Origin: Candidatus Micrarchaeia archaeon
GTDB taxonomy: Archaea > Micrarchaeota > Micrarchaeia > Anstonellales > J096
Assembly: GCA_041500405.1 (NCBI GenBank)
Contig: JBGQMB010000001.1
Coordinates: forward strand, 20,376 to 84,375
Length of the DNA stretch: 64,000 nt
Reading direction: 5' to 3'
Shown here in pieces: positions 46,700-55,548 of the stretch (positions are counted from its first letter, which is position 1; the number at the start of each line of letters is the position of its first letter). The notes beneath the pieces were generated by a model. The model saw only the letters and a program-made list of their open reading frames with translations. It was not told the DNA's origin and ran no database searches. The position numbers and the translations under genes were made by a program.

Positions 46700-46837
46700 A
46701 TGCCCAATTACAGAGTATGGCTTTCAGGAGAGAAGATAGAGATAAAGGACGTAAAGAACTACACCCTGGCGCTTTCCGGCGCAAAGATACTGCTTAAGGA
46801 GAGGCCGCCGGTCGCAAAAGAGGTCTCCACGGATTGA
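46700..46837 (+). CDS. rpoP: RNA polymerase subunit P (Rpo12), cysteine-free, not in ORF track (alternative start 46694)
   Basis: MPNYRVWLSGEKIEIKDVKNYTLALSGAKILLKERPPVAKEVSTD; GxKILxKERP tail and position after rpl37ae. Confidence 0.82.
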   Translation: MPNYRVWLSGEKIEIKDVKNYTLALSGAKILLKERPPVAKEVSTD

Positions 46838-47280
46838 TTCTTCTAACAACCTCCCTTAATCCAACAAAAGGCGCAAGGTCCCTTGCAAGGGGCCTTTCAA
46901 ACTCCATTTTTGGCTTCTATATGAACAGGGGCAGCGCCACATTTGAGCGCGTGATGCGGAAAGCAGCGTCTTTAGGATGCGCCAAAGCGGCGTTCGTGTT
47001 TTCCGGCAATGGAAAGGCGTCAAGGATAAGGTTCGCCTCGCTGGACAACGGGTGGGCGTGGGACAGGGAGGAGTTCGTTGTCAGCAGGCATCCGCAGTCT
47101 TCCGTGGAACGCAAAAACGGCGAGGCTGCTTCAAGGTCAAAGAAGCTGAAAAGCGCCTTCGGGCTTTCCGGCCCGGCAGCGGACGCGGACAGGGTTCTGT
47201 CATATTCTGGAAAAAAACTTTCAATAAAGGAAGGAAAAAAAGAGGTGTTTTGGGTTGAAGGGCATTTCTCTAAGCGCTGA
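46834..47280 (+). CDS. Brix/Imp4-like rRNA maturation protein
   Basis: MILLTTS.NP....RSLARGL, Y.NRG; superoperon position. Confidence 0.8.
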   Translation: MILLTTSLNPTKGARSLARGLSNSIFGFYMNRGSATFERVMRKAASLGCAKAAFVFSGNGKASRIRFASLDNGWAWDREEFVVSRHPQSSVERKNGEAASRSKKLKSAFGLSGPAADADRVLSYSGKKLSIKEGKKEVFWVEGHFSKR

Positions 47281-47491
47281 GATAAGGGTAAATGGGGACA
47301 TGAAGACGCTGGCTGCGATGAAGGCCGCGCTGCTCGAGTCCAAGGACGCAAGGATATGTGGAAGCGTTTCGCTGAAAAAATCGCTTGTGATAACCGTTGA
47401 ATCGCCGGATGCGACGGCGTTGAGGGCAGGTTTAAATACATATCTAAGGATATTGCAATCAGTCGAGGATATTTCAAAAGGTGATTATTGA
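47255..47491 (+). CDS. pcc1: KEOPS complex subunit Pcc1
   Basis: LVITVES.D.TALRAGLNTYLR. Confidence 0.85.
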   Translation: MKGISLSAEIRVNGDMKTLAAMKAALLESKDARICGSVSLKKSLVITVESPDATALRAGLNTYLRILQSVEDISKGDY

Positions 47492-47832
47492 TGGCATCAG
47501 CAGACATAGAAGAAAAGGTAATAGAGTTCCAGAAAATGGAGAAGCAGCTCGAGATGTACATGGGGCAAAGGTACCAGTTCGAGATGCAGCTTGCGGAGAC
47601 GAATGCGGCAACGGAAGAGATATCCAAGCTTGCGGAATCTGCGGAAATATACAAGTCAACGGGCGGCTTCTTCGTGAAGGTGGCAAAGGCTCCTGCGCTT
47701 GAGGAGCTCAACTCAAGGAAAACGCTGCTTGAAAGCAGGTCCAAGATGTTCAGGGAGCAGGAGGAGAAGCTCAAGGTGAGCCTGACGAGACTTGGAAAAA
47801 GCCTTGAGGAAGAGATGAAGGGCGCAAAGTGA
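47491..47832 (+). CDS. pfdB: prefoldin beta subunit
   Basis: Coiled coil, IYKSTGGFFVK hairpin, coiled coil. Confidence 0.9.
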   Translation: MASADIEEKVIEFQKMEKQLEMYMGQRYQFEMQLAETNAATEEISKLAESAEIYKSTGGFFVKVAKAPALEELNSRKTLLESRSKMFREQEEKLKVSLTRLGKSLEEEMKGAK

Positions 47833-48804
47833 ATGGACGACTTTGGCGCGTTCTTCCGGAAATACGGGAACTCGAAGCTCGCGTTTGTCGCGCATTCAAG
47901 GGCGGACATTGACAGCATAGCGTCCGCGCACGTCCTAAGGAAAAGGTTCAGGAACAGCGTCCTGCTGGTCCCAAACGACACAACATATTCCGCAGGAAAG
48001 CTCATTGAAACGTTCGGGATAAGGTTCGAGACGCTTGAGACTGTAAACATCAAGGATTTCGAGGCCGTTGTTTCGGTTGACGCGTCCAACTACGGGCTTT
48101 TCGAAATTGACAGGTCAATGAAGATAGCCGCGGTTTTCGACCACCACCAGAAGGCATACAATGGGTTCGAGGGCGAGTTCAACTATATAGACCCGAATGC
48201 AAAATCCACTGCTGAAATAATAGCCGGCATACTGGAAAGGGAGCTGGACAAGGAGGATGCGGCCATGCTTGCAGCTGCCATAATAATGGACACGGCGAGG
48301 TTCAAGTCCGCGAACAACGAAACATTCAGCATCCTGTTCAAGCTTATAGAAAAATCGAAGAGGGATTATTCAGAGCTTCTTTCAATCGCATACCCTCCGC
48401 TTCCGACAGACGAAAAAATAGCGATCCTCAAGGCGCTTCAAAGGGTGGAGTTCTTCGAGCACAAGGGATTCATAATCGCCCTGTCCAACGTCAACGCGAA
48501 GATAGGAGAGGCGTCATCAATGCTTTCTGATGCTGCGGATGCCGCGTTTGTCGCGCAGTTCAACGAAACTGAAAGGAAGACCATGGTTTCCGCAAGGGCA
48601 AATTCGCATTTCCCGGTTCCGCTGAACGGCATAATGTCGGAGATAGGCAAAAAATTCAAGGGCTCGGGAGGAGGCCATTTCAAGGCGTCCGGCGCATTCG
48701 GCTACGCAAAGCCAAATGAGGTGCTTGAGATGTGCCTCGGATTAGTCAAGCAGGAAATAGACAAGAAGAACCTGGATTATAGTCAGATTGTGCCGAAGAA
48801 ATAA
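47833..48804 (+). CDS. DHH/DHHA1 phosphoesterase
   Basis: HSRADID, FDHH, STAE, DT..F, GGGH..ASG. Confidence 0.92.
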   Translation: MDDFGAFFRKYGNSKLAFVAHSRADIDSIASAHVLRKRFRNSVLLVPNDTTYSAGKLIETFGIRFETLETVNIKDFEAVVSVDASNYGLFEIDRSMKIAAVFDHHQKAYNGFEGEFNYIDPNAKSTAEIIAGILERELDKEDAAMLAAAIIMDTARFKSANNETFSILFKLIEKSKRDYSELLSIAYPPLPTDEKIAILKALQRVEFFEHKGFIIALSNVNAKIGEASSMLSDAADAAFVAQFNETERKTMVSARANSHFPVPLNGIMSEIGKKFKGSGGGHFKASGAFGYAKPNEVLEMCLGLVKQEIDKKNLDYSQIVPKK

Positions 48805-48891
48805 TTGTCATTAAGCGGAGTTTTGTGTTGATATTCCGCTGCAGCCAGCCATCTTTTATAAACCGTTTACACAACCAACCATGTAAGTGGT

Positions 48892-50454
48892 ATGATGAAC
48901 GGAACCTTCAAGGATGTCAAAAAGGAGCTTGATGTCTACAGGCACAGGAAATACATCACGCAGGCCAAGCTGATAGACATCAGCACAGGCAAGAAGATTG
49001 TCGTGCTCAACGACAGGGAAGCAACCGCCAACGACGTATTCGAGGGCCAGAGGGTCGAGATAAAGATAAAGGGCGCGCCGCACATAGTCGTTGTCAACCT
49101 TTCAACGCACCTTGTCAAGGAAGGCGAGATTGGCATTTATGCTGATGTTTCAAAAGGATTCACAATATCAAATGGGGACATCATAGAGATAAACCACGTG
49201 CCGCTGCCGAAAAGCATTGAAACGATAATAAAGAAAATAGGCGGCCAGCCGACCACGAAGGAGGAAACAGACGCGATAATAACGGACCTCATGGCAAACA
49301 GGCTTTCGGAGGCAGAGCTGTCCGCGTGGCTGACCGCGTGCTCGGTAAGGGGGCTTAATGACGACGAGACTGTTTCACTCACCGAATCCATGGTCGCGTC
49401 CGGGGACACGCTCAAGCTTGGCAAGTCTCCCATAGTGGACAAGCACTGCATAGGCGGGGTTGCGGGAAACAGGACCACGATGGTGCTCGTCCCGATAATC
49501 GCGTCCGCAGGCATTTTCATACCGAAAACATCCTCAAGGGCGATAACGTCCCCTGCCGGGACAGCGGACACCATGGAGGTTTTCGCGCCCGTCAACATAA
49601 GCATGGACGAAATGAGGGAAATAGTCAAGAAAACATTCGGCGTCATAGTCTGGGGAGGCGGCATAAACATAGCGCCTGCAGACGACAAGATGATACAGCT
49701 CAGGCGCTCGCTGAGGATGGACCCGAAAGGCGTCCTTCTTGCAAGCATCCTGAGCAAGAAGAAGGCTGTCGGCTCGGAGCATGTGCTCATAGACGTGCCG
49801 CTCGGCATAAACGTCAAGATAGGCGATATGGGCGCAGCGCAGGACCTTGCAAAGGAATTCAAGACAATAGGCGCAAGGCTTGGCATGAACGTCGGCGTGA
49901 TCGTGACAAACGGCTCTGAGCCCATAGGCGACGGCATGGGGCCGGTCCTTGAGGCAAAAGATGTTCTCATGGTGTTGGAGGGCAAAGGCCCTGCGGACCT
50001 TAGGGACAAGAGCCTGCTGATGGCCGGAAAGATATTCGAGCTGTGCGGCAAGGTCAGCAAGGGCGAAGGATACGACGTGGCAAAGCACTTCCTTGAATCA
50101 GGCAAGGCGCTTGCGAAGATGAAAGAGATCATAGCGGCCCAGGGAGGGGACCCGAATGTGAAATCAAGCTCATTGCCGACAGCGAAATACTCTTATATTG
50201 TCAAGGCCACGGTTGACGGAAAGATAGAGCACATAGACAACAAGTGCGTGTCCCGCATCGCAAGGGCGACGGGGGCGCCGCAGGACAAGGCCGCGGGCCT
50301 TTACCTGCACAAGGCAAAGGGCGACACCATCAAGGTGGGCGACGTGCTTTTCGAGCTTTTCGCGGAAAGCGAGGCAAACCTGGATTTTGCGCTCAAGATG
50401 GCGGAAGAGTTCAACCCCGTTATGATGGGCAAGGTGCTGCTTGACGAGTTCTGA
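48892..50454 (+). CDS. AMP phosphorylase (thymidine phosphorylase family)
   Basis: Extra N-terminal beta domain; DKHCIGGVAGNRTT, PKTSSRAITSPAGTADTME, SILSKK, GAPQDKAAG. Confidence 0.95.
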   Translation: MMNGTFKDVKKELDVYRHRKYITQAKLIDISTGKKIVVLNDREATANDVFEGQRVEIKIKGAPHIVVVNLSTHLVKEGEIGIYADVSKGFTISNGDIIEINHVPLPKSIETIIKKIGGQPTTKEETDAIITDLMANRLSEAELSAWLTACSVRGLNDDETVSLTESMVASGDTLKLGKSPIVDKHCIGGVAGNRTTMVLVPIIASAGIFIPKTSSRAITSPAGTADTMEVFAPVNISMDEMREIVKKTFGVIVWGGGINIAPADDKMIQLRRSLRMDPKGVLLASILSKKKAVGSEHVLIDVPLGINVKIGDMGAAQDLAKEFKTIGARLGMNVGVIVTNGSEPIGDGMGPVLEAKDVLMVLEGKGPADLRDKSLLMAGKIFELCGKVSKGEGYDVAKHFLESGKALAKMKEIIAAQGGDPNVKSSSLPTAKYSYIVKATVDGKIEHIDNKCVSRIARATGAPQDKAAGLYLHKAKGDTIKVGDVLFELFAESEANLDFALKMAEEFNPVMMGKVLLDEF

Positions 50455-50466
50455 TGCACCGTCAGG

Positions 50467-50474
50467 TATAAAAA
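50467..50474 (+). promoter_or_regulatory. TATA box candidate for pta-ackA-acpS
   Basis: TATAAAAA ending 23 bp before ATG 50498. Confidence 0.5.
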
Positions 50475-50497
50475 CATCGGCCGCCCAATCGTTGCAC

Positions 50498-51493
50498 ATG
50501 GGCGTAATCTCCATTTTCGGAAAGACCGCCTGGAAAGGCTGCAGGATAGCCCTTCCCGAGGCAGAGGACGGGCGCATTTTGGAGGCGGCCGCGGCGGCAA
50601 TGAAAAAAGGGTTCGCGACGCCGGTCCTGATCGGGGACAAAAAAAAGATAAAGGCAAAGGCCACGGAGCTCGGCATCAGCATTGCCGGCATTGAGGTAAT
50701 GGACACGTCCAAAGGCGTTCCGCGGAAATACGTGGACGCCTATGCGAAAATAAGGCATGTGCCTCTGCGGCTTGCCGAGCGCATCCTTTCGGAGCCCATC
50801 TTCCTTGCTGCCCTGCTTGTTAAGCAGGGGGAGTGCGATGCCATGATGGGCGGCGCCGTGTACACCTCTGCCGACGTCATAACCGCATCAGAAGGCATAA
50901 TCGGCCTGAAAAAGGGCATATCCGTGCCTTCGAGCTTCTTCATAATGGAGATACCGGGATATGAAAACAAGGAGGGCGGGCTTGTGCTTTTCGCGGATTC
51001 ATCGGTGAATATTGAGCCGACGGCAGAACAGCTCGCTGATGTGGCAATAACAACTGCGCAGAGCGCAGCCGAGCTGCTTGGCTGGACCCCAAGGGTGGCA
51101 ATGCTGTCCTTTTCGACAAAGGGAAGCGCCATCCATCCAAGGGCGGACAAGGTCATAAAGGCAACGCAGATTGCGAACAGGAAGGCGCCGGGGCTTTTCA
51201 TAGACGGCGAGCTGCAGGGCGACTCCGCGCTTGTTGAAAGCACTGCAATGAAGAAGATGGGCAAGAAGATCGGCAATGTGGCAGGAAGAGCGAACGTCCT
51301 CATATTCCCTGACTTGGATTCAGGCAACATATCATACAAGCTTGTGCAGGCCTTCGCAAAGGCGAACTGCTACGGCCCGATACTGCAGGGCTTCCTGAAA
51401 CCGGTCAGCGACCTTTCAAGGGGGGCAAAGCCCGAAGACATAGCCGGCGCAATGGCAATCCTCAGCACATGGGCAGGGAGGATGAAAAGATGA
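50498..51493 (+). CDS. pta: phosphate acetyltransferase
   Basis: IALPEAED.RIL.AA, LSFSTKGS, DGELQ.D.AL, ANVLIFPDLDSGNISYK, GPILQG, DLSRG. Confidence 0.95.
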   Translation: MGVISIFGKTAWKGCRIALPEAEDGRILEAAAAAMKKGFATPVLIGDKKKIKAKATELGISIAGIEVMDTSKGVPRKYVDAYAKIRHVPLRLAERILSEPIFLAALLVKQGECDAMMGGAVYTSADVITASEGIIGLKKGISVPSSFFIMEIPGYENKEGGLVLFADSSVNIEPTAEQLADVAITTAQSAAELLGWTPRVAMLSFSTKGSAIHPRADKVIKATQIANRKAPGLFIDGELQGDSALVESTAMKKMGKKIGNVAGRANVLIFPDLDSGNISYKLVQAFAKANCYGPILQGFLKPVSDLSRGAKPEDIAGAMAILSTWAGRMKR

Positions 51494-52680
51494 ACAAGAT
51501 ATTGGTGCTCAACTGCGGAAGCTCCTCCATAAAATACAGGCTTTTTGACTCGAAGTTCAGGGAAATGCTCAGCGGAAAGGTGGAAAGGATAGGGGAAAAG
51601 GGGCCTGGGATTGTCCATGCCAAGGGCAAGGAAACCTTTAGGGCAAACGCAAAAGCAAGCAGCCACAAGGAGGCAATAGCATTGATGATAAGGATGCTCC
51701 ATGACAGGAAATGGGGCGGCATACGCAGCGTTTCGGAGATATCCGTCATAGGCCACCGCGCCGTCCACGGAGGCCAGATGGCGAAAACATCGCTTGTCTC
51801 CGGCGCGGCGCTGGACTACCTGAGGTCGTTTGAGATGCTCGCGCCGCTGCACAACCCCCATAACATAGAGGGCATGAAGGAGATGAAGAAGGCCATGCCG
51901 AACGTGCCGCAGGTCATGGTGTTCGACACGGCGTTCCACCAGACCATGCCGAGGAAGGCGTACATGTACGGGCTTCCTTACGCGTTCTTCGACAAATACG
52001 CGGTAAGGAGATACGGGTTCCACGGCACGTCCCACAAGTACGTTTCGCTCAGGGCCGCCGAAATGCTGAAAATGAAAAGGCCCAACCTCATAACATGCCA
52101 CCTTGGCGCAGGCTCAAGCATAACCGCGGTCAGGGAAGGCAGGTCTGTCGACACAAGCATGGGCATGACGCCATTGGAAGGCGTGATGATGGGAACAAGG
52201 ACAGGGGACATAGACCCGTCCATAGTCCAATACCTGGTGAAGAAATACGGCTTCAGCTATGACGACCTTTTTGACATCATGAACAACAGGAGCGGCCTGC
52301 TTGGCATATCCGGCGCAAGCAAGGACGTCAGGGTGATAATGGGAAAGGCAGGCAAGGGCAACGAGAGGTGCAGGCTTGCGCTCGAGATGTTCAGTTATAG
52401 AGTTTCAAAATACATCGGCGCATACGCCGCCGCGCTTGGCAAAGTCGACGCAATCGTGTTCACCGCAGGCATTGGCGAGAACTCCCCCTGGATAAGGAAA
52501 GAAATATGCGCCAGCCTCGGCATAATCGGGGCAAAGCTTGATTCCGGAAAAAACAGGAGGGCCATAGGCAAGGAAGCCGATATAAGCGCAAAAGGCTCGA
52601 AAATAAGAATGCTTGTGATTCCGACGGATGAGGAGCTGATGATGGCAAGGGAGGCCGCAGCCGCACTCGGGGGATTGTGA
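51490..52680 (+). CDS. ackA: acetate kinase
   Basis: LNCGSSSIK, GHRAVHGG, APLHN, FDTAFHQT, YGFHGTSH, TPLEG, FTAGIGEN. Confidence 0.97.
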   Translation: MNKILVLNCGSSSIKYRLFDSKFREMLSGKVERIGEKGPGIVHAKGKETFRANAKASSHKEAIALMIRMLHDRKWGGIRSVSEISVIGHRAVHGGQMAKTSLVSGAALDYLRSFEMLAPLHNPHNIEGMKEMKKAMPNVPQVMVFDTAFHQTMPRKAYMYGLPYAFFDKYAVRRYGFHGTSHKYVSLRAAEMLKMKRPNLITCHLGAGSSITAVREGRSVDTSMGMTPLEGVMMGTRTGDIDPSIVQYLVKKYGFSYDDLFDIMNNRSGLLGISGASKDVRVIMGKAGKGNERCRLALEMFSYRVSKYIGAYAAALGKVDAIVFTAGIGENSPWIRKEICASLGIIGAKLDSGKNRRAIGKEADISAKGSKIRMLVIPTDEELMMAREAAAALGGL

Positions 52681-53051
52681 TGGAGACAAGGGGAATCGGC
52701 GTGGACATTGTTGACATAAGAAAGCTCAGAAAAATCCTGAAGGGCAAGGCCGGAACGAAGTTCGTCTCCAACACCTTCACCAGGCGCGAGATAGGGTGCG
52801 CGAAAGGCGGGGCGAACATTTTCAAGCTCGCAACCTCGTTCGCCGCAAAGGAGGCGGTCTTCAAGGCCCTTGGCACAGGCTGGATTGAGGGAAAGGACGT
52901 GGAGATTGTGAGAAGCAGGGAAGAGGGCACGCCCAGCATAAGGCTTCATGGAAAAATCGAAAAAATGGCGAAGAAAATGAAAATAAGGAGAGTGCTGGTT
53001 TCGCTTTCGTTTGCCGAAGACTACGCAATTGCCTTTGCGGTCATCTCCTAG
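52677..53051 (+). CDS. acpS: holo-ACP synthase (AcpS-type phosphopantetheinyl transferase)
   Basis: GIGVDIVD, FT..E, FAAKEAVFKALGTG, G.P, VSLS; 124 aa. Confidence 0.93.
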   Translation: MMETRGIGVDIVDIRKLRKILKGKAGTKFVSNTFTRREIGCAKGGANIFKLATSFAAKEAVFKALGTGWIEGKDVEIVRSREEGTPSIRLHGKIEKMAKKMKIRRVLVSLSFAEDYAIAFAVIS

Positions 53052-53286
53052 CCTTCTTGTGCATATAGTCGATTGCCTCGCCCACCGTCTTGTTCTGCCT
53101 GACGTCCCCTTGCGGCACCCTTGTGTTGAACTCCATCTCAAGGGCCGCAAGCAGCTCAACGATGTTCATTGACTTTGCGTGCAGGTCGTCCACAAAGCTG
53201 GTGGAATCCTTAAGCTTGGCCGCGCTGACGCCGAACACGTCAGCAACGACCCTTTTGACCTTTTTTTCCACTTCCTTCCTATCCAT
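53041..53286 (-). CDS. acyl carrier protein
   Basis: 81 aa; SFVDDLHAKSMNIVELLAALEMEF...TVGEAIDY aligns with ACP SFxxDLGADSLDxVELxMALEEEF...TVGxAIDY; attachment Ser kept. Confidence 0.9.
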   Translation of the reverse strand: MDRKEVEKKVKRVVADVFGVSAAKLKDSTSFVDDLHAKSMNIVELLAALEMEFNTRVPQGDVRQNKTVGEAIDYMHKKARR

Positions 53287-53287
53287 C

Positions 53288-53695
53288 CTATTCCGCCACC
53301 TTGAACACGACGATGTTCATGCCGGCCATCTTCTTGACTTTTGCCTTGACCTTCATTGGCATCTTCGCATTCTGCGCCTCTATCGCCTCGACGTTTGAGA
53401 CATCCAGGCCCTCTATCTGCGTGAAGAAGCAGGGCCCCTCCTTGAGCTCTATGACTCCGTAGGCGTACGGATGATATTTCGCGAACTTCATGGGCGGAAG
53501 GTTTCCGCTTGAGAAGAAATGCAGCTTCCCGTCGCCGCTTATCTCCTCCCATTTCATGTCATGCGCGCTGCAGTTCTTGCACCCGGCCTTTGGCGGGAAC
53601 GTGAACTGACCGCACTTTTTGCACCTGACTCCGTAGATTTTGCCCTTTGCAAGGGACGCGTAGAACTTGCTTATCATGCTTTCCATGCTTTTCAC
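53288..53695 (-). CDS. DUF35 zinc-ribbon/OB-fold protein (thiolase partner)
   Basis: RCKKCG...FPPK..CKNC, W.EISG.G, PYAYGVIELKEG. Confidence 0.92.
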   Translation of the reverse strand: MKSMESMISKFYASLAKGKIYGVRCKKCGQFTFPPKAGCKNCSAHDMKWEEISGDGKLHFFSSGNLPPMKFAKYHPYAYGVIELKEGPCFFTQIEGLDVSNVEAIEAQNAKMPMKVKAKVKKMAGMNIVVFKVAE

Positions 53696-54972
53696 CTCTT
53701 AAGCACCGTAACAGCGGCATGCATGCCGTACCCGTGGTTGTGCACTACGGACACTCTCGGTATGTCCTTTATCTGCCTTCCCTTCGCCTCGCCCCTCATC
53801 TGCTTCACGGCCTCGTATATCTCCGAGCCTGCGGACGCCGCGAAAGCGTGCCCCTTTCCGTGCCTTCCACCGGACGTGTTCATGGGCTTGTCGCCGTCGT
53901 ACCTGGTCCTTCCCTCCATGACAGCCTTCCATGCCTCGCCCTTGCCGAAATACCCGCATATCTCGGACTCTATCAGGTGGTATATCTGCATGCAGTCGTG
54001 CACGCTAAGGTAGTCTATGTCGTCGGCCGTTATGCCCGCCATCCTCATGGCCGTGCTGAACGCGGTCCTGTCTATGTCCCATTCCGCGGGGTCCTTTCCG
54101 TACCACGGGTAGTTGCTTGCGCTCCAGTGGAATCCCTCCACGCCTATAGGCTCCTTTTTGCAGAACTCCCTTGCCTGCGCGTCCGAGCTTATTATGTATG
54201 CGGATGCGCCGTCGACTGTGTTGAGCGCGCTCCTCACCCTTGTGGGCCATGCAAGGAACGGGTTCTTTGCGCTCTTCCAGAATTCCTTGTCGTCCCTGAA
54301 CCCGGCCTTCTTCGCGTCCTGCTCGAACGTGGTCTGCACGTATGCCTTGCTGTTTTTGGACGAGTGCAGCTTGATGGTCCTGTGGATTTCGCGCATTGCC
54401 TCATCCATCTTTTCCATCTTCACGCCGTATTTCTTCGCGTATCCGAGCGTGGGCAGGCCGCCGTATGCGGTCGCGATGTCATATGAATGGTGGTACCCGT
54501 ATGCCTGGTCCACGCCGAAGTCTGTCCAATACCAGAGCGTCGTGGGGTCCAGCGGCTTCCTTATTGTCGGGTCGTCGGTTGCCGTTGACGAGAGTATCTC
54601 GCATCCCACCACAAGGACGTTCCTGAACTTTCCGGACGCAACCCCCATCGCAGCAAGCCCGACGCCGGTGTTGGTGGTTGAACAGGCTGTCGCAAAATGG
54701 ATTGCCGGCTTCAGGTGCAGCCCAAGCCAGTCCGCCATCTGGGTATTGTGAGAATAAAGATGACTTGCATGGCTGAGCATGCTGCCTATATAGAACGCGT
54801 CTATGTCCTTCGGGTCTATCCCCGAATCGTCCATCGCCTCGAAGGCGGCCTCGCACGCGAGCTCCTGGAAGCTCAATCCCTTTATCTCAGGGGTTTCCAG
54901 AACGCTTCCGAATTTGGTGCATCCAACGCCGGTTATCACCGGCTTTTCCTTAAGATTTCCCGCATATGCCAT
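53692..54972 (-). CDS. SCP2/archaeal-type thiolase family protein
   Basis: ITGVGCTKFG, catalytic TACST, DGASA, VHDC, NTSGG..GKGHAFAAS, QMRGEA. Confidence 0.93.
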   Translation of the reverse strand: MAYAGNLKEKPVITGVGCTKFGSVLETPEIKGLSFQELACEAAFEAMDDSGIDPKDIDAFYIGSMLSHASHLYSHNTQMADWLGLHLKPAIHFATACSTTNTGVGLAAMGVASGKFRNVLVVGCEILSSTATDDPTIRKPLDPTTLWYWTDFGVDQAYGYHHSYDIATAYGGLPTLGYAKKYGVKMEKMDEAMREIHRTIKLHSSKNSKAYVQTTFEQDAKKAGFRDDKEFWKSAKNPFLAWPTRVRSALNTVDGASAYIISSDAQAREFCKKEPIGVEGFHWSASNYPWYGKDPAEWDIDRTAFSTAMRMAGITADDIDYLSVHDCMQIYHLIESEICGYFGKGEAWKAVMEGRTRYDGDKPMNTSGGRHGKGHAFAASAGSEIYEAVKQMRGEAKGRQIKDIPRVSVVHNHGYGMHAAVTVLKR

Positions 54973-55077
54973 AATCTCCCCCTGCTCTGGTTTGGGTTGT
55001 CTTGCTTTTATTTGTTTCTTAGGATATACAGGAATGTTCAGCAACTGCGACCATATGCCAAGTTTTGCTTAAAAGAA

Positions 55078-55503
55078 CTACTTTCTGGCGAGCCCCCGGG
55101 TTTCCCAGCGCCGCTTGAGCGCAACCTCGTCAAGGTTAAGGACGAGCGAGAACGCCACTTCCTTTAACCTTGGGTCGTAGCTGCTTTCCCTTACTTCAAG
55201 GTATTCGATGCCCCTGCTTCCAGGGTCGTACTTCTGGATTGCCGCGCCGAAGTCTTTTTTCATCTCCGCAACAGCGGCATTCGCGTCTATCTGGGACTGG
55301 ACGTTGAAAAGCTTGAAAATCATCGGCTGGTGGGACTTGAAATCCTGGACGGCAAGCCTTCCGTCGCGCCCGCTTCCGCCCGGCAGTATTGCGCCGTACT
55401 TGTCGTCAAGCTTGTTGAGCAGTCTCTCAAATTCCTTAGCCACCGCATCTTTCGCCGTTTCCTTCGGCACTGCCTCCTTCAAGCTGACTTTTCCATTGCC
55501 CAT
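55078..55503 (-). CDS. hypothetical protein
   Basis: 141-aa ORF filling the gap; no recognisable motif. Confidence 0.55.
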   Translation of the reverse strand: MGNGKVSLKEAVPKETAKDAVAKEFERLLNKLDDKYGAILPGGSGRDGRLAVQDFKSHQPMIFKLFNVQSQIDANAAVAEMKKDFGAAIQKYDPGSRGIEYLEVRESSYDPRLKEVAFSLVLNLDEVALKRRWETRGLARK

Positions 55504-55548
55504 ATGACCACTGTTCGATATTTTTCACGGAAAGGCACTAAAAGGTTG

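Noticed and set aside
46917..48089. 390-aa minus-strand ORF spanning four genes
   Set aside because: Ser/Phe-rich mirror of Brix/Pcc1/PfdB/DHH coding sequence; no independent support
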